64,000 bases of DNA, taken from contig NHFA02000025.1 of NCBI GenBank assembly GCA_002170315.2, positions 7,084 through 71,083 of the forward strand, in the 5' to 3' direction. The position numbers and the translations under genes were made by a program. The stretch comes from Euryarchaeota archaeon TMED99 (GTDB lineage Archaea > Thermoplasmatota > Poseidoniia > Poseidoniales > Poseidoniaceae). Shown here one piece after another: positions 1 through 8,788 of the stretch (its first letter is position 1; each line of letters starts with the position of its first letter). Below the pieces are notes generated by a model that was not told where the DNA came from, did no database searches, and saw only the letters and a program-made list of their open reading frames with translations.

Positions 1-1
1 A

Positions 2-916
2 CATGAATTGTATGGCACTCCCTTTGTAGTTGCTCTTGCTTGTGCCTTGTTTTTGTATTCAAACCGTCGTCACGATGCGAAGAGAAATGCTACTCTTTTG
101 GCTGCTACACTGTTGCTCTCTCTTTTCCTCGCAATAGTGCAACCTACTGCTTTTGGAATGGATTCTAGCACAGCTATGTCCTCGCTTCTTGTTCGAGGCG
201 TGTTAGTCTGGCTCACTCTTCCAGTATTGCTCTTGGTCGTAATTCCGATGATGAAAGAAGTGGTCATTACCCAGGGTATAGAGCGTTCAAAAGTTCCAAT
301 TTGGAGAAGGATTCCTCTAGGAGCACATCTTGTTCACCTCGGTCTTTTGTTGCTGTTAATTGGCCATGCTTACACCACAGTTCTGGTCGATAGAGGCGAT
401 GCAAGCCATCGAGTCACGATGGTCAAAGATGAAATTGTTGTCCATGGCAATTATGGATACGAATTTACTGGCTTACGCCTTACTTCAGAAAATCTCGAAG
501 TCGGTGATGGCTACGTTGGTATAGAAATCAATGTCTATGAAGTGAACCAAGGCAGTATTGGAGAGATGATTGGAACCGTTGAACCAGGCATGTTACGCTT
601 CGATACAACTACAGATTCCGGATTCGTATTGCAATCCAAATCCCGCTCCGAAGTCGATACGTTGACGCGCTGGAGTGGCGATATTGTATTCATTTTTGAC
701 GGAAGTCAGGCCAATGGATTGATGCAGCAAACCGCACAAAATGGGTCGGATTCAGTCCAGATCGTTCGAGTGACCGTTTACGACCTGCCGGCGTCTCATT
801 TGGTATGGCTCGGCTGGTCGACAATGCTGTTGGGGATGGGCGTGGTGGTTCTGGGAGGAATGAGCCAAAACGATAGACGAAAAGCCATCCCCGTCTCCTC
901 AAAGGAAGAAGAGTAA
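2..916 (+). CDS. ccmF: Cytochrome c maturation protein CcmF-like, C-terminal part (5' end outside window)
   Basis: The frame is open back to the window edge; the listed ORF 8..916 merely begins at a TTG. The layout matches the CcmF/NrfE C-terminus: a TM helix GAHLVHLGLLLLLIGH, an extracytoplasmic segment of about 170 aa, and a final TM LVWLGWSTMLLGMGVVVLGG resembling the conserved W-I-W-x-G-G..L-G-G end. Confidence 0.6.
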   Translation, partial: HELYGTPFVVALACALFLYSNRRHDAKRNATLLAATLLLSLFLAIVQPTAFGMDSSTAMSSLLVRGVLVWLTLPVLLLVVIPMMKEVVITQGIERSKVPIWRRIPLGAHLVHLGLLLLLIGHAYTTVLVDRGDASHRVTMVKDEIVVHGNYGYEFTGLRLTSENLEVGDGYVGIEINVYEVNQGSIGEMIGTVEPGMLRFDTTTDSGFVLQSKSRSEVDTLTRWSGDIVFIFDGSQANGLMQQTAQNGSDSVQIVRVTVYDLPASHLVWLGWSTMLLGMGVVVLGGMSQNDRRKAIPVSSKEEE

Positions 917-986
917 ACAACTTCCTCGCCAATGCAATTATGAAGGGGGCGATGGTCGCCGAACTACCCGAAAGGGAGGTTATACT

Positions 987-1820
987 ATGGAAGATGGAAC
1001 AATTGTCCACGTTGATTACGAACTTTACAACAATGAAACAGGTGATCTCATTGAGACCACCCGTGAAGCAGTCGCCAAGGAACACGAATCTCTTCAAGAG
1101 GGTCGTAAGTACGAACCAATGGTCTGTATTGTTGGCGGTGGCCAACTTATTCCTGGATTTGAAGCAGCTCTCAGCGAAGCAAAGAAAGGCAAGGAAACTG
1201 AAATTGTCATCGCTCCAGAAGACGCGTATGGCGAAAAAGATGCTGAACAAATTGAAACCATCAGTATCGATAAACTCATTCGAGCAGTTCAAGACCCGAA
1301 TGCACTCTACATCGGTGCTCCTGTGACCATTAACGGACGTCAAGGGCAACTTTCCTACCTCGCAGCCGGTCGTGCACGAATCGATTACAACCACCCAATG
1401 GCTGGTAAGTCTCTCAAATATTCATTCAACGTCGTCGATGTTGTTGAAGGAAAAGAAGACAAGGTCACCGCTTTGCTTCAAGCAAATACTGGCCACTCTG
1501 GCTTTGACGTCAGTTTTTCTGGCGACGATCTCTCAATCGTTTTGCCTCAAACTATGCTTTTCGATACCAATGCGGCTATGCTTAAGTTCCGCTTGGTTAC
1601 AACAATTCGTGACGCAATTGAATGTGGTAAAGTATCCTTCATTGAAGTTCACGAACCACGCGGATTCGGTGTTGAAGAAGACGCTGATGAAGACAGTGGT
1701 GAAGACCTCTCGTCTCTTTCTGTCGCAGAACTCAAAGAACGTTGCAAGGCAGCCGGCCTCCCAGTAGGTGGCAAGAAAGCAGATTTGGTTGCTCGACTTT
1801 CTCAAGAAGAAGAAGAGTGA
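987..1820 (+). CDS. FKBP-type peptidyl-prolyl cis-trans isomerase (archaeal long type) with C-terminal SAP motif
   Basis: FKBP/SlyD-like blocks VHVDYELY and IVGGGQLIPGFEAALSEAKKGKETEIVIAPEDAYGE are present, with an insert-in-flap region. The C-terminal LSVAELKERCKAAGLPVGGKKADLVARL is a canonical SAP helix-extension-helix. GGGAGGT lies 6 nt upstream of the ATG. Confidence 0.85.
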   Translation: MEDGTIVHVDYELYNNETGDLIETTREAVAKEHESLQEGRKYEPMVCIVGGGQLIPGFEAALSEAKKGKETEIVIAPEDAYGEKDAEQIETISIDKLIRAVQDPNALYIGAPVTINGRQGQLSYLAAGRARIDYNHPMAGKSLKYSFNVVDVVEGKEDKVTALLQANTGHSGFDVSFSGDDLSIVLPQTMLFDTNAAMLKFRLVTTIRDAIECGKVSFIEVHEPRGFGVEEDADEDSGEDLSSLSVAELKERCKAAGLPVGGKKADLVARLSQEEEE

Positions 1821-1905
1821 ACTGAAGTGTTTGAACTTCAAGATTGAACAGCATTTTGCCCCAAAGGATATTGATGGGGTGCCAAAGGCGTAAACAGGGA
1901 TTGTC

Positions 1906-3294
1906 ATGCAGAGTCTCGAAGAACTTGAGGAACAACTCGCATCAAAACACCCCTCTCTGCCTTCAGATGTCTATTCACCTCTCGAAAAAGGCACTTTATG
2001 GCTCGCCGTTTTTGGGCTCGTTGCCTTTCTTGTGAGTTTTCTCTTTGCAAATGATGTTGTATGGGATGATGGCCTTAAGCCGATTATTTGGGACCCAATC
2101 ATGGAAGATGCAGGTTCGGCAGGAGATGCGGATTACAATTCAATGAATACCCTGATTTACACCTTGAGCATGCTCGCAAGTGTTGTTGTATTGCAAGCAT
2201 TGTTTCGAAAAGCCGATTTTCCAGCAGATGACCGCATGCTCCTTGCCCTTCTCACATGGGTCTGTCTTGCCCCAGTTTTGCGAGTTTTAGAGGATGCAGA
2301 TTTCTTTGGCTCCGAGATGGATTGGTTATTCATATCGCCGATAATCCATCTTCACCTTGCATTATGGCTGATTGTTGTTGCTGGCCTTTCCCAATTTCTC
2401 GCCTCGCAGTGGGATGGAATTGAATCCGATAGAATAGAGGGTAAAATTCGTAAAGCACTCCTTCCAATTCTCTTTCTCATGCTCTTTTTCCACTGGGCTT
2501 TCTTGTATCAACCCGCATACCTTGCGCATGAACAGATGGGTATGTTTTGGATTGTTATCGGTTTTGTCGTTTCCTTTGCAGTTCTTCTTGGCATTGTATT
2601 TCAGACCAGAGGCTGGCCAGCAATCACCAGAGGCATGTTTGCATTTGGGGCCTCAGCAAGCGTTCTAGGTCTGTTTCATTGGTTTCAATTCCTTGATACC
2701 CCTTGGACTCAAGAGAGTTTACGGGTCTCGGAATCGATCGCTTGGTGGCCGCTCTTGGTCGTCTTCGGCATACCAGGTGGAGTTTGTTACCTCATGTATC
2801 GACGTGGGTATGAAGACGCACTTCAACTCAAATTAACCGGTTATGAAGCAGGCGTCTTGCCAGAAGGTGTCAGCGTCAAAGCATGGGAGGATGCAGGCGA
2901 TGAGATTGAGAATCATCCAGTTGAGATGCTTTCGCGAACCGCCTTGCTTGCAAGTCCAATGGTTCTCGCAATGGTTTTCGGGCAGTTATGTGACGGTTTT
3001 GCAACAATGGTTGGCATTGATTACTTTGGCTATGGTGAAAAACACGTCGTAAGCAACCAAGTCATTGTTTACGGAGGGGAACTCAATTCTATGCTTGGAA
3101 TCGAATTTGGTGAAGGAGCTTGGCTCTTTGCTTTGCTCAAAGCCGTTTTAATCGGGGCAATAAGCTGGATGTTTGTTGAAATGAAAGTAGAAAAAAGGCA
3201 ACGCCACATACGTATTTTGATTGTTCTTGCCGTCTTAATTGTAGGATTAGCACCTGGATTAAGAGACATCGGTCGACTCATGCTCGGGGTTTGA
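1906..3294 (+). CDS. Polytopic membrane protein, probably DUF63 family
   Basis: There are at least 9 hydrophobic helices. DADYNSMNTLIYTL...LAPVLRVLEDADFF and DGFATMVGIDYFGYGEKHVVSN match my recollection of the archaeal DUF63 signature. The family call needs an HMM check. Confidence 0.5.
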   Translation: MQSLEELEEQLASKHPSLPSDVYSPLEKGTLWLAVFGLVAFLVSFLFANDVVWDDGLKPIIWDPIMEDAGSAGDADYNSMNTLIYTLSMLASVVVLQALFRKADFPADDRMLLALLTWVCLAPVLRVLEDADFFGSEMDWLFISPIIHLHLALWLIVVAGLSQFLASQWDGIESDRIEGKIRKALLPILFLMLFFHWAFLYQPAYLAHEQMGMFWIVIGFVVSFAVLLGIVFQTRGWPAITRGMFAFGASASVLGLFHWFQFLDTPWTQESLRVSESIAWWPLLVVFGIPGGVCYLMYRRGYEDALQLKLTGYEAGVLPEGVSVKAWEDAGDEIENHPVEMLSRTALLASPMVLAMVFGQLCDGFATMVGIDYFGYGEKHVVSNQVIVYGGELNSMLGIEFGEGAWLFALLKAVLIGAISWMFVEMKVEKRQRHIRILIVLAVLIVGLAPGLRDIGRLMLGV

Positions 3295-3368
3295 GAACAA
3301 ATGTTCGCATAACTGAACTGTAGTAGTGTTAAAGACGGCGCCCTCCTCCCTCGGTATGAGGGGTGAAG

Positions 3369-4979
3369 ATGGACCGATTACCTACCCGTGTAAATCGTAG
3401 TGACCCTGAGTTCTTAGAACACAAACAGTTCAATCAATCTCTCCTTGATACCTTGCAAGAGCGATTAGCCGTCGCTTCAAATGGTGGAGGAAGCAAGTAT
3501 GTTGAACGCCATCGAAGTCGAGACAAACTTCTCGCCAGGGAACGGATCGAGAGAATAATTGACCCAGGAACTGCTTTTTTGGAACTCTCTCCACTCGCTG
3601 CTTTCGAACTGTACGATGGTCGAGCGCATTCAGCAGGAATCGTAACAGGCGTAGGCATGGTTCACGGCCGAGAATGCCTTTTTGTCGCGAATGATGCTAC
3701 CGTAAAAGGAGGCTCATACTATCCAATGACTGTTAAGAAACACATTCGTGCTCAAACAGTTGCTCATGAAAATCATCTCCCTTGCATCTATCTGGTCGAC
3801 TCAGGAGGCGCATTCCTTCCAATGCAAGACGAAGTATTCCCTGACATCGGGCATTTTGGCCGCATCTTCCGTAATCAAGCACGAATGTCAGGAGATAAGA
3901 TACCTCAAATTGCTGCAGTACTCGGCTCCTGCACCGCTGGAGGAGCTTATGTTCCCGCAATGAGTGATGAATCGATTATCGTCAAAGGTAACGGTACAAT
4001 TTTCCTTGCAGGCCCTCCGTTGGTTAAAGCGGCAACTGGTGAAGAGGTCACGGCAGAAGAATTGGGAGGGGCAGACGTCCATACCGCTCAGTCTGGTGTC
4101 GCAGACCATTTCGCAGAAGATGAAACTGAAGCATTACGCATGGTCCGAAATATCGTAGAAAATCTCGGCCCTCGTACGCTTGCGCCCTCTGCCAGCGCCC
4201 CTCCTGAATTGCCTTCACATGATGTTGAAGATTTACTGGGTTTGATTCCCAGCGATAATCGAACACCGTTTGACATCAAGGAAATCATTGCCCGAATTGT
4301 TGATGGTTCTCGTTTCCATGAATTCAAATCCCGTTATGGCACGACCCTGGTATGCGGTTTTGCGCATATTCACGGGCACAAAGTAGGCATTGTTGCCAAT
4401 AATGGTATTCTGTTCTCTGAATCATCCCTCAAGGGCGCTCACTTTGTTGAGTTGTGTGGGCAGAGAGGAATTCCTCTGGTCTTTTTGCAGAACATTACTG
4501 GATTCATGGTCGGTAAAGCGTATGAGGCAGGCGGTATCGCTAAAGATGGTGCTAAATTAGTCACCGCAGTCTCTTGCGTTAACGTTCCTAAATTCACAGT
4601 GATTATTGGCGGCTCTCACGGAGCAGGTAATTACGGAATGTGTGGCAGGGCTTACGACCCTCGATTCTTATTCATGTGGCCTAACAGCCGAATCTCAGTC
4701 ATGGGTGGTCCTCAGGCTGCAGATGTTTTGACGACCGTCAAACAAGACCAACGTGCCAGAGAAGGTCAGCCGGCCATGGTTGGCGAAGAACTCGATTCAT
4801 TCCGCTCACCAATTCTTGAGAAATACGAAACTGAAGGAAGCCCATACTACTCAACTGCTCGCCTATGGGATGATGGAATTATTGATCCGAGAGACACTCG
4901 AGATGTCCTCGGTTTATGTTTAGCTACGGCCCGAAATGCGCCACTACCTGACGATAGATTCGGCGTATTTAGGATGTAA
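3369..4979 (+). CDS. mccB: 3-methylcrotonyl-CoA carboxylase beta subunit (carboxyltransferase)
   Basis: Collinear signature blocks: [92 protein letters not shown] and C-terminal FGVFRM. ATG 3369 (GAGG 7 nt upstream) is preferred over the listed GTG 3363. Confidence 0.9.
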   Translation: MDRLPTRVNRSDPEFLEHKQFNQSLLDTLQERLAVASNGGGSKYVERHRSRDKLLARERIERIIDPGTAFLELSPLAAFELYDGRAHSAGIVTGVGMVHGRECLFVANDATVKGGSYYPMTVKKHIRAQTVAHENHLPCIYLVDSGGAFLPMQDEVFPDIGHFGRIFRNQARMSGDKIPQIAAVLGSCTAGGAYVPAMSDESIIVKGNGTIFLAGPPLVKAATGEEVTAEELGGADVHTAQSGVADHFAEDETEALRMVRNIVENLGPRTLAPSASAPPELPSHDVEDLLGLIPSDNRTPFDIKEIIARIVDGSRFHEFKSRYGTTLVCGFAHIHGHKVGIVANNGILFSESSLKGAHFVELCGQRGIPLVFLQNITGFMVGKAYEAGGIAKDGAKLVTAVSCVNVPKFTVIIGGSHGAGNYGMCGRAYDPRFLFMWPNSRISVMGGPQAADVLTTVKQDQRAREGQPAMVGEELDSFRSPILEKYETEGSPYYSTARLWDDGIIDPRDTRDVLGLCLATARNAPLPDDRFGVFRM

Positions 4980-5021
4980 TATTTATATTGAAAAATTAAA
5001 AATGCAATTGGAGTTTTTTAG

Positions 5022-5879
5022 ATGGTAATAATCGACACACCCCCGCAAACTGAACTGGTTTCTCTTGAAATCCAAGATTCAGGTTGTCACATTAAATTGA
5101 ACCGAGAAGAAAAGTTCAATGCCCTCAATATTCAAATGATTACCGAACTCTGCACACTTTTTGATTGGACTGCAGAACGCAGTGTTGGAGTCCGGGGAGA
5201 ACTGTTTGACTCCAACGGCTTGCCTTTTCTACGAACACTTGTTCTTTCCGGAGCAGGACGTCATTTCTGCGCAGGCGCAGACATCAACATGATGCGTGAT
5301 GCAGGGGCGAACTCTCCAGAAGAGAATCGAATTGATTCTGAACGTCTTGACCGATTATTCAATGGATTGTGGTCACATCCATGTTTTACCATTGGCGCAA
5401 TTCAAGGCGTAGCATTAGGTGGCGGCGCTGGACTTGTAGCCTGTCTTGATCACGTCATTGCGACATCCAATGTTAAAATCGCATTGTCCGAGGGTAAACT
5501 TGGCATTCTTCCAGCGGTGATTGGGCCCTATGTCTACCGACGTCTTGGCTCTGCATGTTTCCGTAGACTTGCAATGCAAGCCAGCAGAATTGGTTCAGAA
5601 GAAGCTCTTCGAACAGGTTTCATTGAAGCGGTTGTCGATACGGTAGACCATCTTTCCCCTGCTGTCGATACTCTGGTCGAAGAAGTGCTCAGCACTGGGC
5701 CACAAGCCATCACATTGGCGAAAGAATTGACGCTTGAGTTTGACCGATGGACTGGCAGTGATGCTGAATTGCGAGAATTTACGCTTGACTTCACTAGCCG
5801 TATGCGAGGTTCAAACGAAGGACAAGAAGGCCTCTCCTCATTTCTTGACAAGCGTCCTGCAAATTGGAAAAACGAATGA
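5022..5879 (+). CDS. Enoyl-CoA hydratase/crotonase family, probably methylglutaconyl-CoA hydratase
   Basis: Crotonase oxyanion-hole motifs LVLSGAGRHFCAGADINMM and AIQGVALGGGAGLVACLD are present. The specific function is inferred from its position between the MCC subunit genes. Confidence 0.8.
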   Translation: MVIIDTPPQTELVSLEIQDSGCHIKLNREEKFNALNIQMITELCTLFDWTAERSVGVRGELFDSNGLPFLRTLVLSGAGRHFCAGADINMMRDAGANSPEENRIDSERLDRLFNGLWSHPCFTIGAIQGVALGGGAGLVACLDHVIATSNVKIALSEGKLGILPAVIGPYVYRRLGSACFRRLAMQASRIGSEEALRTGFIEAVVDTVDHLSPAVDTLVEEVLSTGPQAITLAKELTLEFDRWTGSDAELREFTLDFTSRMRGSNEGQEGLSSFLDKRPANWKNE

Positions 5880-5888
5880 GGGGACGCA

Positions 5889-7400
5889 ATGGTCAGCAAA
5901 GTCTTGGTTGCAAATCGGGGTGAAATTGCTTGCCGTATTTTACGTGCCTGTCGTGAAGCAGGTCTCCAAAGCGTCGCCATTTATGCAGAAAATGACACCA
6001 AATCCTTGTTCGTAGAACTTGCAGACCAGGCTATTCTTTTGCAAGGAGATTCAATCACTGCAACCTACCTTAATCAAGAACAAATTCTTGAAATCGCAGC
6101 AACCACGGGGTGCGATGCAGTTCATCCAGGTTTTGGTTTCCTTTCAGAACGAGCAGATTTTGCACGTGCCGTTACGCAAGCAGGGATCCAGTGGATTGGT
6201 CCAAGCCCCTCTGCAATCGAGCGAATGGGCGATAAAATGACAGCACGAAAAACCATGAGAGATGCTGGCGTTCCAGTCATCCCTGGTGAAGAGATTGAAG
6301 AAGAAGACGAAAACGAGGCTCTCATAGCCATCCAACAAGCCAGCACTCGAGTCGGTTACCCGCTATTGCTGAAGGCATCTTCAGGCGGCGGCGGCAAAGG
6401 TATGCGTGCTGTTGAACGACCTGAAGACCTTGTTGAAGCGGCTCAAAGCGCACGTCGTGAAGCATTGGCTGCATTTGGTGATGGACGAGTTTACCTTGAA
6501 CGCATGCTCACCGGTTCAAAGCATGTTGAAATTCAAATTCTCGCTGACCGTCACGGTCGTACGATTCATTTGGGTGAGCGCGAATGCAGTGTTCAACGTC
6601 GCCATCAGAAAGTGTTTGAAGAAGCCCCTTGCGCTACAATGACCGAAGAGATACGTTCTGCTATGGGTAAAGCAGCAGTTGCTGCTGCAATGGCCGTTCA
6701 TTACGAAGGTGCAGGAACGGTCGAATTTTTACTTGCCCCAACTGGAGAATTTTTCTTCCTTGAGATGAATACCCGAATTCAGGTAGAACATCCTGTAACT
6801 GAATTGGTTACAGGTGTGGATATTGTTCGTGAACAATTACGCATTGCAGCCGGAGAGCCGATGTCGTGCGGTGACTTGAATCTTCGAGGTCATGCGATTG
6901 AAGTGCGGTTATATGCTGAAGATGCATCAAATAATTTCCTTCCTGCAATAGGGCCTCTAGCCGTATTCCGGCCACCGGAAGGACCGGGTATTCGTTTGGA
7001 TACAGGCGTGCGTCAAGGTGATGATGTCACTCCAAATTATGACCCAATGCTTGCGAAGTTGATTGTTTGGGCCCCTTCACGGGTCGAAGCTTTACAACGT
7101 ATGCGTCGGGCTTTAGACGAGTTTGTCGTCCTTGGAACAATCACGAATCTTCGATTCTTACGAGAACTCTGTGATGTGCCGGATGTCATTGAAGGCTCGA
7201 CTGACACCACGATGATCGACAGGCTATGGCCAAATGGTTGGTCTGCTTCAATTCCTGTTGAACTGGAAGATGGTGCTCTTATGGCAGCAGCTGTTTCCGA
7301 AAGTTCAGGATTGCATCATCAATCTCCTTCCAACGCTCAAGGAACTGAGCAATCCGGACCATTGAGTCCCTTTATGACGCTGAACAGGAGGTATCCTTGA
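5889..7400 (+). CDS. mccA: Biotin carboxylase subunit of methylcrotonyl-CoA carboxylase (alpha chain lacking the biotinyl domain)
   Basis: ATP-grasp biotin carboxylase blocks: KVLVANRGEIACRILRA, GYPLLLKASSGGGGKGMR, FLEMNTRIQVEHPVTE. The 503 aa cover the BC domain plus part of the BT region. The frame stops before any biotinyl domain. Confidence 0.9.
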   Translation: MVSKVLVANRGEIACRILRACREAGLQSVAIYAENDTKSLFVELADQAILLQGDSITATYLNQEQILEIAATTGCDAVHPGFGFLSERADFARAVTQAGIQWIGPSPSAIERMGDKMTARKTMRDAGVPVIPGEEIEEEDENEALIAIQQASTRVGYPLLLKASSGGGGKGMRAVERPEDLVEAAQSARREALAAFGDGRVYLERMLTGSKHVEIQILADRHGRTIHLGERECSVQRRHQKVFEEAPCATMTEEIRSAMGKAAVAAAMAVHYEGAGTVEFLLAPTGEFFFLEMNTRIQVEHPVTELVTGVDIVREQLRIAAGEPMSCGDLNLRGHAIEVRLYAEDASNNFLPAIGPLAVFRPPEGPGIRLDTGVRQGDDVTPNYDPMLAKLIVWAPSRVEALQRMRRALDEFVVLGTITNLRFLRELCDVPDVIEGSTDTTMIDRLWPNGWSASIPVELEDGALMAAAVSESSGLHHQSPSNAQGTEQSGPLSPFMTLNRRYP

Positions 7401-7870
7401 TGCTTCATCAATTCAGGACTGCACAAGGTGATATCGAGGTGACTGTAGCCAAGCAAGGAGATGTTTGGCACCTTGGAGAACATCAAGCAATTGTCGAAGA
7501 CGACGGAAGACTCTCAATACACTTGTCAAACGGAATGAAGGGTTATGCAACAACCGCCAAGGTTGGCGATGTGTGGTGGGTTCATTTTGAAGGCCACACG
7601 TTTTGCTTAGAGCGAATCGAGCCAGGAGCATCACAATCAGGTGACGGGGGTGGATTAATTGCCCCAATGCCAGGAAAGGTTCTCGAAGTCTTTGTCGAGA
7701 TTGGACAGTCTGTAGAAGCAGGTGAAACGCTCATGGTGCTCGAAGCGATGAAAATGGAACATCGAATCCTTGCTTCAAACTCTGGCGAAATTACCGGCGT
7801 TCATTTCGCAGCAGGTGAACAAGTTCAACAAGGTTCAGTATTGCTTGAAATGGTCGAAGATGAGGCTTAA
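7400..7870 (+). CDS. Biotin carboxyl carrier protein (separate BT-end plus biotinyl domain of MCC alpha)
   Basis: It carries the LMVLEAMKMEH biotinyl-lysine motif in a lipoyl/biotinyl fold. ATG 7400 overlaps the upstream TGA (TGATG), and GGAGG lies 8 nt upstream. Confidence 0.85.
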   Translation: MLHQFRTAQGDIEVTVAKQGDVWHLGEHQAIVEDDGRLSIHLSNGMKGYATTAKVGDVWWVHFEGHTFCLERIEPGASQSGDGGGLIAPMPGKVLEVFVEIGQSVEAGETLMVLEAMKMEHRILASNSGEITGVHFAAGEQVQQGSVLLEMVEDEA

Positions 7871-8748
7871 CGCTTCTTCCAATTGCCAGATTCGATGATT
7901 CGACTCTCCTCTTCCTTATCACGGTTGTAAGCATACGTCCAAGCCCACTCCATCCCTTGTTCAGTTTTGATTTGAACGATCGTTCTGATGAATAAGGAAT
8001 GGCTCGAATCGTAGCCATAAAATCCTTCAATTGTGTCAAGAGTTCTCAAGGTAGAATACATTTGGTCAATCTGGTATACCTCTCCATACACGACGCCCTT
8101 TTCGCCGGTTAACATTCCAGGATAGCCATCAAGTTCGATGAGTGCGCCATTGGTTGAGGCCGAACGCCCTTCTCCGATACTGCATTCTGAAAGAGTCGGG
8201 TGACGAAGTTCTCCCTCCATCAGCGTGCCATAGACAAAGAGGTTTTCGAGAGGGTAACTTGGTGCAAAATCTTCAATAGCGTTTTTTAATTCTCCAATTG
8301 GAAGTTTTCTCTTCTTCAACCCGTTTTCTATCAAGTCACAATAGAATGTAGTTGGTTGAATAAAGCGGTCTTCTCGCCTCTCCTCTGTGACGCAATACGT
8401 CAGCGCCTCGACAAATGTGCCGTTTGGCAGAATCACCTCAACCTTACGTCGAGCATATGCTCCTGCCTTGACGCCTTCTTTTCTATCCATGGCGCGCAGA
8501 GTATCATCATTCATTCGGAAAAGGACTCCAGGAACAGCATGGCCTCGACCAGTTTCAACCACATCAGCAGCTCCACCTTCTCTTGAATGAGAAAAATAAT
8601 GAAACTTCAACGAATAATTTGGCAACCAACACGGACTGAGTTCTACCAATCCTTCAGACCGGAGTTTTTTCCCTTCACACCAGGCCTGCCAGTCATCCCA
8701 ATCAAGGTTTGAACCGTAGCCAAAATACAGTGTACCTTCTTCATCCAT
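7867..8748 (-). CDS. Tandem gamma-glutamylcyclotransferase-like protein (GGCT-like plus AIG2/GGACT-like domains)
   Basis: The N-terminal half starts with the YFGYGSNLDWDDW (YGSN) motif. The second half starts with LFVYGTLMEGELRHP (the VYGTL motif of the AIG2/GGACT family). Confidence 0.7.
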   Translation of the reverse strand: MDEEGTLYFGYGSNLDWDDWQAWCEGKKLRSEGLVELSPCWLPNYSLKFHYFSHSREGGAADVVETGRGHAVPGVLFRMNDDTLRAMDRKEGVKAGAYARRKVEVILPNGTFVEALTYCVTEERREDRFIQPTTFYCDLIENGLKKRKLPIGELKNAIEDFAPSYPLENLFVYGTLMEGELRHPTLSECSIGEGRSASTNGALIELDGYPGMLTGEKGVVYGEVYQIDQMYSTLRTLDTIEGFYGYDSSHSLFIRTIVQIKTEQGMEWAWTYAYNRDKEEESRIIESGNWKKR

Positions 8749-8788
8749 GCTGTTAAATTACGGCTAGGCTATATCAAACCTTACCGAG

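Noticed and set aside
690-1394. A 234-aa minus-strand ORF spanning the ccmF 3' end and the FKBP 5' half.
   Set aside because: It is antisense to two genes with clear family motifs. Its translation is Phe/Cys/Ser-rich and motif-free, so it is a shadow ORF.
5534-5980. A 148-aa minus-strand ORF across the crotonase and biotin carboxylase junction.
   Set aside because: It is antisense to two well-supported genes and has an Arg/Ser-rich translation.
7396-7402. The possibility that the MCC alpha split is a frameshift pseudogene.
   Set aside because: The junction is a clean TGATG overlap with GGAGG at proper spacing, and both parts keep intact motifs. I treat it as two genes, but read-level verification is still advisable.
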